Positions 17,752-26,678 are shown, counted from the first letter of the stretch. The stretch is DNA of 32,101 nt from a virus (IMGVR_UViG_3300033067_001487:1-32101), one strand, 5' to 3'. Translations and numbers: made by a program. The notes: generated from the letters alone by a model not told the origin.

Positions 17752-20700
17752 ATCTTTGCCTTGATTTGTTTCCACTTCGGAGCCTTCATCGTTTTAATCT
17801 TGGGTGATTTTATCTTTTTAGTCTTGAACTTAGACATTTTGAGCTTGGTCATCTTTACTTTTTTGACTTTTATACTTTTCATCTTGATCTTCTTTTGCTT
17901 TGCAGTTGCGGTTTTTATATGTTCAGCTTCTGTTTTAACGGCCGCGATTTGTTTCATAGCCTCATCAAGCGTGATGAGTTTGTTGGCATATAGATCCTGT
18001 ATGTCATTGGCTCTTTTGGTGAGTTGTGATTTGTATTTTGCCATAGCAATTTTGTCTAGGTCTATATTCCCTGAGAAGGCTGGCTTGACTATAGCTGAGC
18101 CCAGGTCGATTCTTTTTGTTGATCCATCTTCCTGGGGAATGATATACACATCACTAATCTTCTGCCCAGCTCCTGTTTTTTTCACTGAATCACGGACATC
18201 CTGTTCATTTCTTTTGACTTTTAACTGATCCATATAGTCAACATATTCCAGTTTCTGAGGTTGTTTTTCTGTTGATATTCTGGCAGGTGAAATGGCATTG
18301 AGAAACCTGCTTTGATTTTCTATTGGATTGCCGTTCTGGTCAAGACGGGCTGGGACAGATTGCGAAAGCAAGGGGATTTGTGTTGCTATTTGCTGTAGTT
18401 GCTTGTCTAGTATTGATCCGTCTGGGTCGACCTTTCTTTGGTATGGGTCAGTTAGTCTGGTTATCCAACCAAGCAATGCGCGATAAGGGATCGTTTGTTG
18501 TACATAATTAGCAGGTATCTTTGCCATTCCTTCAACATCTCCCTTTACACCAGCAACAAAGTCTCCGACATTCTTCATGTATGACTGATCGACATAGAAG
18601 TTGAGCCACTTAGCTAGTCCATTTAGTACCGTGTTGGCTTCACTGTCATTTATCTTTTTATTGTCCAACGAGTTTTTGACGGCTGCCACTAATGCCATAT
18701 TAAAAGAAACTGCTGGGTGAAGTTTTGAATACGAAACCCAAGTGTCGCCTATCTTTACTGAGTAGGGCTGCATCCCTGCTGCTCTAAACATCTGCTTTTG
18801 CTTTTCACTTGTCGGCTCAGCCCATGTAAGTCTGTCAGTTGATACAAGTAGCGCTGTTGCCGCTGCTACAGACGAGCCCAAAATAGTCTTAGAAAGCTGC
18901 TCTATTTTTTTTGATGAACCAGGCAATGTCCCCACACCAAGTGGCGAGTATTCTATACCCTGCTTCAATATATTTGTTGGGGTGCGAACAAACGGTAAGG
19001 TAAACTTTGCAATATTAGATACAATTGGATTGTTACTGTTTTTTAGTCTTTGAACAGTGTTCGCAAGCACATCAACTGAGTCAAGCAACACGCTGCCCGA
19101 GTTGTCACCAAGCTCTGACCGAAACAGTCTTTTGGCAGCTTCATTTTGGGCTGCAGCAACAGGATCGTTCACTTTTATTCCACGAGAAGATTTGTATTCC
19201 TGTGCAGCTTTTGATCCGCCCTCTGTAAGAGCTGTAAAGAACTGATCGCTTGCCTCAAGTAACTTCATGGGTAACGCAAGGCCCTTTTCCACAGCCGCAG
19301 GTAATCCTTTTGTAGCCATTGGTATTTCTCGAATATCAGCGTTTTCAATCATCTTGTTTCCAGACATTACATCTACAAATGACTTAGCTGCGTTTTTTAC
19401 ATTTGAATAATAACCCTTTGCGTATGCTGCTCCTTCTCCAGTCAAGTACTGCCTTGGTTTTCCTGTTACCCCAGAAACAATTTTGTCCACAATACCAGTG
19501 AGTGTTTTTTCGACGGGTGTTATTATTCCAGTGCCTTGGAAGTTGGAAACAGCGTTGTTGATATGTGTGTTCGGACTTGAAAGCATCGAATTATACCTAA
19601 GGGTAGTGAGCCAATCTGATGCGGTTGGTTTTACAAATTTTCGATAAAACTCCGTTGCTTGTTTAAAATCCTGGAAGTTTACGCCGTTGGCTGCCTCAAG
19701 CACTTTCGCAGTGTCTTTCTCAGTTTTAAGCACAGATTCCAGAATAGCTTCTTTTGCCGTTACCATCTTTGGATCTGCACCGATTGAAAATGATTGTAGC
19801 TTTCTCGCTATGTCACTTGAGCTGGATTTAAGTGCCATCAATGTGTCTAGGTACTCTTGGTCAACCGTTCCGCTTTGGGACATGGCAGCTAGCTTTTGCC
19901 TAGTCTTAAGTAATGCGGCCTCCCAATCAAGAGTCTGCTGTCGATCAACAACATTGTTCAATACCCTGGCAGATCTATTTGCAACCTCAACAACTTCTTT
20001 GTTGGTCAACTTCTTTCCTACCCTTGTTTCTATTGCTGGTTTTAAGTCATTCACTGCCTGGGCAACCATTTCCCTGCTCTTTTCATCTACGTTAAGCCTA
20101 TTTGTGTTAAAATATGGCTGTGAAGATACATCTAAGACACTGCCTGGAGGCTTTCGGATACCTTTTTGCTCTGTCTGTATTTGTGGCGATATTTTCTCCG
20201 AAGTCTGCGGCAAACCTCCTGAAGATTGGGACAATGATCCTGGTGATGATTTCTCCCCTGTCGCTGTATTCTGGTCGTAAATGGTTGGTGACTGTCCTTT
20301 TGATTTTATGGGTGTTTTTATCGGGGATCCTTCTGTGTTGGTTATTGTTTGGTCAGCCGCTCCCATTTGACTCTTACCTTGAATACCGATAGGCTCATTG
20401 ATTGTTTGTGGTTCTTTCCCGTAAGCACTGTTCCACTTATCTCTGAACTGCTGCTTTGCTTGTTCTGGGGTCAATCCCGCACCAACATCATTAGCGTTCT
20501 TTATTTCTAGCTTCACTATTTTTCTCTGTTCAACCAACTGCGCTATTCGTGCCTTTGTTACCTCAATGCCCACGTCGTCTATAGCAGTTTTTGCTGCTTT
20601 AATGGCCTGATTTTCATTTTTGAAACCTCCTTCTGTTAAGGAGCGGCCAGTTGTAGCTTCTGAGACCACCCAGTTATCATTAATATCTTTGTGTAAAAAG

Positions 20701-21911
20701 GTTTCTATGCCATCAGCTATTTTAATTGGCTCTCCCTTTACTGTATCTATTTTTCCTCCATATCGCGCAACCTTATAAGTATTATTAGTCTTAGCCTTTC
20801 CTCCTATATTTTCATCTAGTTTTACCGCTCCCACATCTCCACTAGTCGGCAATGCGCCATCTGCCATTCTCTTGGTCAGTCTATTTGCGATTAGTACTGG
20901 ATTCCCGCTTGCCGGTTGATCTGCGACAGGAAGGTACTTTTCTCCAATCAGTCTTAGATCATCTGCTGCTTTTGCTATCTCAGCAGGACTGAACTTGCCT
21001 TTTTCATGAATGATCGTATTGGCCTGGTCATAGAGCTTGTAGTCATCTGGATGGATATAGCGAGGGTTTCCGACCATACCGGATTCACCATTGCTATATG
21101 GCCCCTCTACTGCAGTTTTGCCAACTTTTTTTGCAAGTCCAGATCCCATCGCAAAGTCTAGGGCCGCGTTTATGAGTTTATAGTCTTGACCAGTTGCTTT
21201 TGCCATCGCCATGCCTTGTGGGACAGAAAGCGACCCCTGTACAACTCTGTTAACTATATTTTGTCCTACTGTTCCTAGCTGTGGAAACTTTGACAGTACT
21301 TTTCCTGCCGTCTGTGCAATCATTGGGTTTGATATTTCGCTGATAGCAGAAATCTTTGGAGCTTGTACCAGTCCCTGCTGAACTCCATATCCTGCCGACT
21401 GAGCTACGTTAGCTAGCGGATTTCGTTTATTTGTTACGTTGTCATATATCTGGCTGCCTGCCCCGAATAGTCCTCCTATTGCACCAGATCCGATATATGT
21501 AGCGGCTCCTACCGATGGTGCAAGTGCCACATCTAGGACGGGAGATGCGGTCTTAGCCAATGCAACGAGTTTGAGCTTCTGTTGATCTACGTAATTAGAT
21601 ACTCCTTGTCTTGATAGTGTGACAGGTTTACTTTGTACAGCCTGGTTATATTTTATATTCGCATTAGCAGCAGAAGTGATTGCCTTCGGCATGAAATTAA
21701 CGAGTGGATTAGGGTTTTGTGACAATCTAGTGAGTGTCTGATCGTATTGATTGATACCTTGACCAATTGTATTCCCAACTGATGTTGCAGCCTGCTGTAC
21801 AGGCTTGACTATATTTTGTTGTGCTTGCTGTCCCGCCCAGCTTAGATTTGAAGATAAACGAGTCTGTGCGGTCTTGAGGATGTTGGAGATACTTTTAGAG
21901 ATAAGATCCAT
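17748..21911 (-). CDS. Large internal virion/DNA-ejection-type protein
   Basis: 1387 aa, Ala/Gly-rich with YNSMLSSP.TH..N, D.FF, LPFVRTPTNI and PYSVKIGD.W.SY motifs seen in large podophage ejection proteins; extremely Lys-rich C-terminus. Confidence 0.65.
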   Translation of the reverse strand: MDLISKSISNILKTAQTRLSSNLSWAGQQAQQNIVKPVQQAATSVGNTIGQGINQYDQTLTRLSQNPNPLVNFMPKAITSAANANIKYNQAVQSKPVTLSRQGVSNYVDQQKLKLVALAKTASPVLDVALAPSVGAATYIGSGAIGGLFGAGSQIYDNVTNKRNPLANVAQSAGYGVQQGLVQAPKISAISEISNPMIAQTAGKVLSKFPQLGTVGQNIVNRVVQGSLSVPQGMAMAKATGQDYKLINAALDFAMGSGLAKKVGKTAVEGPYSNGESGMVGNPRYIHPDDYKLYDQANTIIHEKGKFSPAEIAKAADDLRLIGEKYLPVADQPASGNPVLIANRLTKRMADGALPTSGDVGAVKLDENIGGKAKTNNTYKVARYGGKIDTVKGEPIKIADGIETFLHKDINDNWVVSEATTGRSLTEGGFKNENQAIKAAKTAIDDVGIEVTKARIAQLVEQRKIVKLEIKNANDVGAGLTPEQAKQQFRDKWNSAYGKEPQTINEPIGIQGKSQMGAADQTITNTEGSPIKTPIKSKGQSPTIYDQNTATGEKSSPGSLSQSSGGLPQTSEKISPQIQTEQKGIRKPPGSVLDVSSQPYFNTNRLNVDEKSREMVAQAVNDLKPAIETRVGKKLTNKEVVEVANRSARVLNNVVDRQQTLDWEAALLKTRQKLAAMSQSGTVDQEYLDTLMALKSSSSDIARKLQSFSIGADPKMVTAKEAILESVLKTEKDTAKVLEAANGVNFQDFKQATEFYRKFVKPTASDWLTTLRYNSMLSSPNTHINNAVSNFQGTGIITPVEKTLTGIVDKIVSGVTGKPRQYLTGEGAAYAKGYYSNVKNAAKSFVDVMSGNKMIENADIREIPMATKGLPAAVEKGLALPMKLLEASDQFFTALTEGGSKAAQEYKSSRGIKVNDPVAAAQNEAAKRLFRSELGDNSGSVLLDSVDVLANTVQRLKNSNNPIVSNIAKFTLPFVRTPTNILKQGIEYSPLGVGTLPGSSKKIEQLSKTILGSSVAAATALLVSTDRLTWAEPTSEKQKQMFRAAGMQPYSVKIGDTWVSYSKLHPAVSFNMALVAAVKNSLDNKKINDSEANTVLNGLAKWLNFYVDQSYMKNVGDFVAGVKGDVEGMAKIPANYVQQTIPYRALLGWITRLTDPYQRKVDPDGSILDKQLQQIATQIPLLSQSVPARLDQNGNPIENQSRFLNAISPARISTEKQPQKLEYVDYMDQLKVKRNEQDVRDSVKKTGAGQKISDVYIIPQEDGSTKRIDLGSAIVKPAFSGNIDLDKIAMAKYKSQLTKRANDIQDLYANKLITLDEAMKQIAAVKTEAEHIKTATAKQKKIKMKSIKVKKVKMTKLKMSKFKTKKIKSPKIKTMKAPKWKQIKAKI

Positions 21912-21918
21912 GAGTATT

Positions 21919-21948
21919 AACCTAGTCTCAAGATGTCTAGGTTTTCAA
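21919..21948 (-). promoter_or_regulatory. Late promoter P8 (TTGAAA-18-TAGGTT), leaderless, perfect dyad
   Basis: -35 at 21943-21948, -10 at 21919-21924, ATG at 21911. AACCTAG-N11-CTAGGTT. Confidence 0.8.
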
Positions 21949-21950
21949 TC

Positions 21951-23195
21951 TTATTGTTGTGGAGGAGTGACAGGGTTGCCACCTGCATCATACTTTGAGT
22001 ATCCGAAATCAAAGTTTTGTAGGGCTGGGTCCCAATAGACTGTCCGTCCTTGTTCGTCATCGCCTACAACAAACTTTTGGATCTGTCCGACCCAGAGTGG
22101 AGCTGAGGTGGTTGTGAATGTGGTTTGACCAATCTTGTATTGTGTTTGTGGCTTGAGCTGCATCTTGCTGCCAAGTACTGCGAATGCTCCCATTTCGTTT
22201 GATCGTTGCGTATTTACGTTTGCTTCGTTTTTCATTCGTTCTGTCTCAATCTGCTGTTGGAATTGCTTTTCCTGCATGTTGATCTGGAATTGCTGGTTAC
22301 GAAGTTGATACAGTGCTTCGAGCTTTCTTTGATTTTTAAGTGTTTCTGCTTCACCTTTCTTTTGTGCGATTTCAAGCATCTTAGCGGTGAACTCACTTAG
22401 GGCTGTTTTACGAGCTGTTTCTGCATTCTGAGCGATAGAGGCAAGCGCATCAGTGATACCCTGTTGTACTTTAGCAGCAGCCATATCAGACTGTTGGACG
22501 TATTCTCCATACTGATTTTGTGCTTGGCCCTGTTGTCTCATCTGTTCTGCACCAAGTAGCTCTGATGCAGCTTCACCTGCTGATGTAGCACCACCAAAGC
22601 GTTGACGAGTTGCCATCTGCATTTCATCGTAGAGTCTGCGTGCAGCAGACAAAGCATCTTCTTTTTGTTTATATGCCTTGTCTTTGTTTACTTGTTGCTC
22701 TTGCTTATATAGATCTGCGCTCTTTTTCACTGACTCTGTATTTGTATTGGCTGCATTCTGAGTAGCTGTGTTTGCATCGTTGTATTGTGTTCGCATCCAT
22801 CCCTCAACGCCATTCAGATAGTTCATTGTATTGTTATATTCTTGATTTGCGAGTTCTTCGACACTGGGCTGGGGAGGTTGTTCAATTTGGTATCCACCTG
22901 GGAGATTATTTACATCCCATCCCATATGAAGCGCATAGTCTCGTGAGATAGTTCCACCAGAGTTTTGTGATTGCTGTTGTTGTGGTTGTGGACTATATGA
23001 TTGCTGAGTTTGTGCACCTAGATTAGCACCAGGACTTGAGCTTGGAGTGGCTGGTTGTCTTGCTCCTGATGTTGCATTTGATACGTATGTTTTCTGTGTA
23101 GCTGGCAGGACAGGTCCGATAAATCCTGCTGGAGGTGTGACGGGTTGACGTTGAGCAGGTCCTATGAAGTTATCCGGATTTGGTACGTATGACAT
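21951..23195 (-). CDS. Gln/Ala-rich coiled-coil protein, probable ejection/pilot protein
   Basis: 414 aa; long Q/A/N-rich helix with RFGGATSAG turn and duplicated FIGP N-terminal motif; precedes the large ejection protein. Confidence 0.55.
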   Translation of the reverse strand: MSYVPNPDNFIGPAQRQPVTPPAGFIGPVLPATQKTYVSNATSGARQPATPSSSPGANLGAQTQQSYSPQPQQQQSQNSGGTISRDYALHMGWDVNNLPGGYQIEQPPQPSVEELANQEYNNTMNYLNGVEGWMRTQYNDANTATQNAANTNTESVKKSADLYKQEQQVNKDKAYKQKEDALSAARRLYDEMQMATRQRFGGATSAGEAASELLGAEQMRQQGQAQNQYGEYVQQSDMAAAKVQQGITDALASIAQNAETARKTALSEFTAKMLEIAQKKGEAETLKNQRKLEALYQLRNQQFQINMQEKQFQQQIETERMKNEANVNTQRSNEMGAFAVLGSKMQLKPQTQYKIGQTTFTTTSAPLWVGQIQKFVVGDDEQGRTVYWDPALQNFDFGYSKYDAGGNPVTPPQQ

Positions 23196-23201
23196 GGAGA
23201 A

Positions 23202-23231
23202 AACCTAGAGACAGTCAATCTAGGTTTGCAA
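23202..23231 (-). promoter_or_regulatory. Late promoter P9 (TTGCAA-18-TAGGTT), leaderless, perfect dyad
   Basis: -35 at 23226-23231, -10 at 23202-23207, ATG at 23195. AAACCTAGA-N9-TCTAGGTTT. Confidence 0.8.
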
Positions 23232-23235
23232 GATC

Positions 23236-23883
23236 CTATGAGATCCCCCACTTTTTTGAGTCATACTTTTTGTATCGAGCCTCACCATATCGACTCTTTG
23301 GCGGTTCCTTCTCACTCAAAAACATTTGATAGGCGATGGCGAGTGACATGACCAGATCATCGTGACTTCCTCGTTCTGCTTGGGCTTTCCATATCGTTGA
23401 TGACTGGACCAAAACAAAAGAATACAGCTCCTGAATAGTTTGCTTGTCATATATCTTGAGTGCACGCTTATCTATGATGTCTTTGAGGTCTTGCAACATC
23501 TTTGGTCTGGTTGCTGATGAAGTATCCCATCCGTAGACAGTTGGTAATCCATTGTCTATAGCTCCATACTTCGGCATGGCAAATAGCTTGTATTTCTGGG
23601 CATAGTTTATTGCAGATAGTCGATCTATGAGAAATGATCCACCATTGCCTCGCTCAATTGCCACAACTGGTTTGACTTGCGTCATATCATATATCTTATT
23701 GAGCGTGTCAGAAAGCACTGGGATGTAGTCTGATGTTGTGGTTTTACTATGATACACAAGCGGGACATCTATTCTATTTTTGGAAATAAACTGTGCAGCA
23801 GTGTAGTCACCCATACCAGCAGCAGTATCAACGGCGCATACAATAAACTCTCCATTGTCGAGTGGTCTATATGTTCTATACAT
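23236..23883 (-). CDS. terL: Terminase large subunit, C-terminal RNase H-like nuclease domain (separate gene)
   Basis: VDTAAGMGD, AIERGN, GW.T...TRP and HDDLVMSLA. ATG at 23883 overlaps the upstream stop (ATGTATAG). Confidence 0.85.
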   Translation of the reverse strand: MYRTYRPLDNGEFIVCAVDTAAGMGDYTAAQFISKNRIDVPLVYHSKTTTSDYIPVLSDTLNKIYDMTQVKPVVAIERGNGGSFLIDRLSAINYAQKYKLFAMPKYGAIDNGLPTVYGWDTSSATRPKMLQDLKDIIDKRALKIYDKQTIQELYSFVLVQSSTIWKAQAERGSHDDLVMSLAIAYQMFLSEKEPPKSRYGEARYKKYDSKKWGIS

Positions 23884-24670
23884 AGTTTTGAATAGGATCA
23901 TTTGCATTCCCCATATACCACGCAAGTGATTCAAGATTAAAATAACTATCTCCACTCGTCAAAAATGCTTCTGCGGGTGATTCTGGGTATTCCTGTACAA
24001 ACAGTCGCCCAAGTTCTTTTTGTTTCTGCTCAAGAAATGATTTATCATAAAACTCAGTAGCTTTGAAAAAGAGGGGAGAAAAGCCCGTTGATCCTCGCTC
24101 GCTCTCATCCCAAAACTCTTTGAAATCATTAAACCCATTTGCTGTAGTTTCAATAACTACTCGTCCATCTGGTCTGACTGCCTGCAAAGCTGATGCCATC
24201 ATCTTGCGTAGATGGGGATAGAAAGCTGCCTCTGACATGTGCAGGTTCTTGATCGTTTTAGATCTACCAAACTCTGTATTTTCAGCAGTACCGATCTGAT
24301 AGCGCGTATTGATTGCCTCATTCACCAGTTCATACTTAGAGTTGTACTTGAGTGGTATTTTGATCTTCGTTTTCTCTTCGTATGACTTAAGATAGTACTT
24401 TACCTTTTCAAGAAGCCCTGTCGCGTTATCGCTATTGTCAGCCAACACAATCGATACTGAGTTTTCGTCAAGTAGAAAGTCAGCAAGAAATATTGCTCCG
24501 ACAAGTGATGAGAATCCCTGCTGTCGAGCTTTCAGGATTATGTCTTTGCCTGTTGCTCTAGTGATAAATGCTTTCTGTGGTTCATTTAACATAAAAGCCA
24601 CATCCTGTCCTGACTTGTTGATGATTGATAGACGCTCCTCAATAAAGCGCTGGTATTTTGAATAAATCAT
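23876..24670 (-). CDS. terL: Terminase large subunit, N-terminal ATPase domain (separate gene)
   Basis: LNEPQ, ILKARQQGFSS (Walker A), LHMSEAAF (Walker B), ETTANG and QEYP...EAFL.SG. Confidence 0.88.
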   Translation of the reverse strand: MIYSKYQRFIEERLSIINKSGQDVAFMLNEPQKAFITRATGKDIILKARQQGFSSLVGAIFLADFLLDENSVSIVLADNSDNATGLLEKVKYYLKSYEEKTKIKIPLKYNSKYELVNEAINTRYQIGTAENTEFGRSKTIKNLHMSEAAFYPHLRKMMASALQAVRPDGRVVIETTANGFNDFKEFWDESERGSTGFSPLFFKATEFYDKSFLEQKQKELGRLFVQEYPESPAEAFLTSGDSYFNLESLAWYMGNANDPIQNYV

Positions 24671-24867
24671 GTGATTGAATATGGTCCAACATCCTCATAC
24701 CCTTTTCGTCCAAAATATGACCAAGTATTTTTTTTTAGATTATGCTTTTGACATTTTGTTGAACAATACACTCTGCGCTTGTAATGGGCCCAACATGCTC
24801 CATTGCGTGGGATAGGATTATGGCAATTTCCGCATGATCTTATGACAGTCTTTGGATCAAATGCCAT
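24667..24867 (-). CDS. Small zinc-finger protein
   Basis: CGNC...YCSTKC; overlaps both neighbours (ATGA with terL). Confidence 0.65.
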   Translation of the reverse strand: MAFDPKTVIRSCGNCHNPIPRNGACWAHYKRRVYCSTKCQKHNLKKNTWSYFGRKGYEDVGPYSIT

Positions 24868-25276
24868 ATTGCTCCTTCTCTGTTTTTATAAACTGATTGA
24901 TCTGTACCGTTGGTCCTTCTTGTTTGCCTTCGATGTGGTCAAGTACATTCACCAGTTTGTCTAGGTCCCTTTCTTTATCGACCAGATCATTCATACGAGC
25001 GTATGTCTTTGGACCCAATCTCATTCTGTAATGGGCCTGGTATCGATCCATCCAATACTGCTCAAAGTTATTTGGTGCAAGATGTCTATAAAACCATGCT
25101 TTGATCGCTGCTGGCTTCTTACCCATCGCGTCAGCAACCTCCCGCATAATTTCTGGTCGCTCTACCGTTCTGAGGCGTAGTGATGCTTCAATCCACATTC
25201 GGGCTACCTGATCTTTTGACCAATCGATCTTTTCTGTCGCGAGTGGTTGCGGATTTGGAGCAACAAGATCGTTCAT
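24857..25276 (-). CDS. Putative terminase small subunit
   Basis: 139 aa with an HTH-like segment (VADAMGKKPAAIKAWF), helical core and TVQINQFI beta-tail; upstream of terL; AAGGAGG SD. Confidence 0.55.
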   Translation of the reverse strand: MNDLVAPNPQPLATEKIDWSKDQVARMWIEASLRLRTVERPEIMREVADAMGKKPAAIKAWFYRHLAPNNFEQYWMDRYQAHYRMRLGPKTYARMNDLVDKERDLDKLVNVLDHIEGKQEGPTVQINQFIKTEKEQYGI

Positions 25277-25395
25277 TTTCTCCTCCTTCTGACTATCTTT
25301 CTAAAGCATGTTGAGCAAAGTTTTATTACTCCACAATAGACCGCATCCTGTCCGCAAAATGAACAGGGTATTTTGTATGGATAGAGGATAATCAT
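25273..25395 (-). CDS. 40-aa C4 zinc-finger microprotein (below ORF-track cut-off)
   Basis: MIILYPYKIPCSFCGQDAVYCGVIKLCSTCFRKIVRRRRK; ATGA overlaps at both ends. Confidence 0.7.
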   Translation of the reverse strand: MIILYPYKIPCSFCGQDAVYCGVIKLCSTCFRKIVRRRRK

Positions 25396-25580
25396 TCGCT
25401 CTCCTTTCCGTCTGATACCTCAACGGTAACTTTATACATACAATCATCCGGGAGCTTGACCACTTCGAGCACTTGCTCTTTTTGATACTCTCCTGTTTCA
25501 AATGTAAGAAGATTAGCGTTATCTGACGCTCTAGTTCGAAAGTGTTTCTTATCCGCAAAGAAGGTAACTGAGCTGGTCAT
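25392..25580 (-). CDS. Hypothetical protein (62 aa)
   Basis: First gene of the ATGA-coupled packaging operon. Confidence 0.65.
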   Translation of the reverse strand: MTSSVTFFADKKHFRTRASDNANLLTFETGEYQKEQVLEVVKLPDDCMYKVTVEVSDGKESE

Positions 25581-25623
25581 ATATCATGACCGCTTGTAGT
25601 GACGTGGGGGACGTCTAGTGAGT

Positions 25624-25654
25624 AGTTTATAATCGAGATACTCCTAGAATGCAA
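25624..25654 (-). promoter_or_regulatory. Probable promoter of the packaging operon
   Basis: TTGCAT at 25649-25654 followed by TCTAG (degenerate half-site); TATAAA at 17 nt or TAAACT at 19 nt spacing. Confidence 0.45.
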
Positions 25655-25657
25655 TGG

Positions 25658-26617
25658 CTATCGTTTGACAGCGAAAGATATGGTATCTCCTGTATTCTGC
25701 ACTTGTATATGAAATCCTGATAGCATCAACTCATCTTGTAGCGCTTTGATTCTCTCTCGTGCGTAGTCCATATCATGTGCGTCTGCAATCACGCTGAGTC
25801 GTCCCGCCACTGATCGTACATCATCCTCATCTGCCTGTATGTATTTAGATGTGGTATTTGCTGATTTGTGCCCTAAAAACTTCTGTATAAAGGCGAGATT
25901 TGATCCGCGTTTAGCTGCTTCTTTGGCTGCGGTATACCGTAAACAATGAGCGGATATGTCTTTATCGATCTTAGCGAGCCTGCACCGCTCTCGTATCTCC
26001 TGATTGAGCTTGTGTCCAAACATCTTGCACTCCCCATGTGAGCCAAATATATACGTTTGGCCCCTGTTTAGTGACAGTATCTTCTTTTCGAGAGTAGGGA
26101 ATAAAGGAGAAGTCTTAGCTGCACTATTTTTTGTCGTGCGGATAATAAGCGACCCATTTCGTAGATCAGACCATTTAAGACTACAAAGTTCTTCACGTCT
26201 CAGACCTGTGGCAAGCAAGGTAATAATGGCTATGGTGTATCGTTCATTTATATTATCCCTCACCTGTGAACGTAGTGGAGTGGTCGTAATTAGGAGTCTT
26301 TGCTCGTCCGGCGTGATCCATTCACGCGATACTTCTTGTTCTACAAGGTATCGTAGATCTTCAACAAAATCAAGTTTTGCACATCTACCAATATGTTTAA
26401 TAAACTTTATGTAGTTATTGATGGTGGATGGCTTGTTGCCATGCTCCCTACAGTCATCCAAAAATACATAGACACCACGCAAATCGAAGATTTTGTCCCT
26501 AAAATGCCTGAGAATCGTATTGAAGATTCTCTCGTAAACTCTTTCTCTCGCAGGTGTTCTACCTGCGCGGTAGGTTAGATAGGAGCGAAACTGGTCCCAC
26601 ACAATGGGCAGCCCCAT
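25658..26617 (-). CDS. int: Tyrosine integrase (start revised to ATG 26617)
   Basis: Complete catalytic set: TGLRREEL (R), TKN (K), HCLRY (HxxR), LGH, TSKY (Y); SAM-like N-terminus. The longer ORF start would overlap its own promoter. Confidence 0.92.
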   Translation of the reverse strand: MGLPIVWDQFRSYLTYRAGRTPARERVYERIFNTILRHFRDKIFDLRGVYVFLDDCREHGNKPSTINNYIKFIKHIGRCAKLDFVEDLRYLVEQEVSREWITPDEQRLLITTTPLRSQVRDNINERYTIAIITLLATGLRREELCSLKWSDLRNGSLIIRTTKNSAAKTSPLFPTLEKKILSLNRGQTYIFGSHGECKMFGHKLNQEIRERCRLAKIDKDISAHCLRYTAAKEAAKRGSNLAFIQKFLGHKSANTTSKYIQADEDDVRSVAGRLSVIADAHDMDYARERIKALQDELMLSGFHIQVQNTGDTISFAVKR

Positions 26618-26678
26618 AGCTATCTTTTGGATCGCTTCTACTGCGTGTTTAAGGGCACATTGAGTAATCAAAGGGTTG

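Noticed and set aside
23860-23890. Stop-codon reassignment or read-through explaining the split terminase and split GT
   Set aside because: The downstream halves are in different frames, reading through the terL TAG meets another TAG after two codons, and TAA, TAG and TGA all end intact genes elsewhere.
175-25104. Numerous plus-strand ORFs of 60-200 aa opposite the structural genes
   Set aside because: Antisense shadows of well-supported minus-strand genes, without motifs or start signals (the CAP gene excepted).
25301-25558. 85-aa minus-strand ORF
   Set aside because: It overlaps two better ATGA-coupled ORFs (25392-25580 and 25273-25395).
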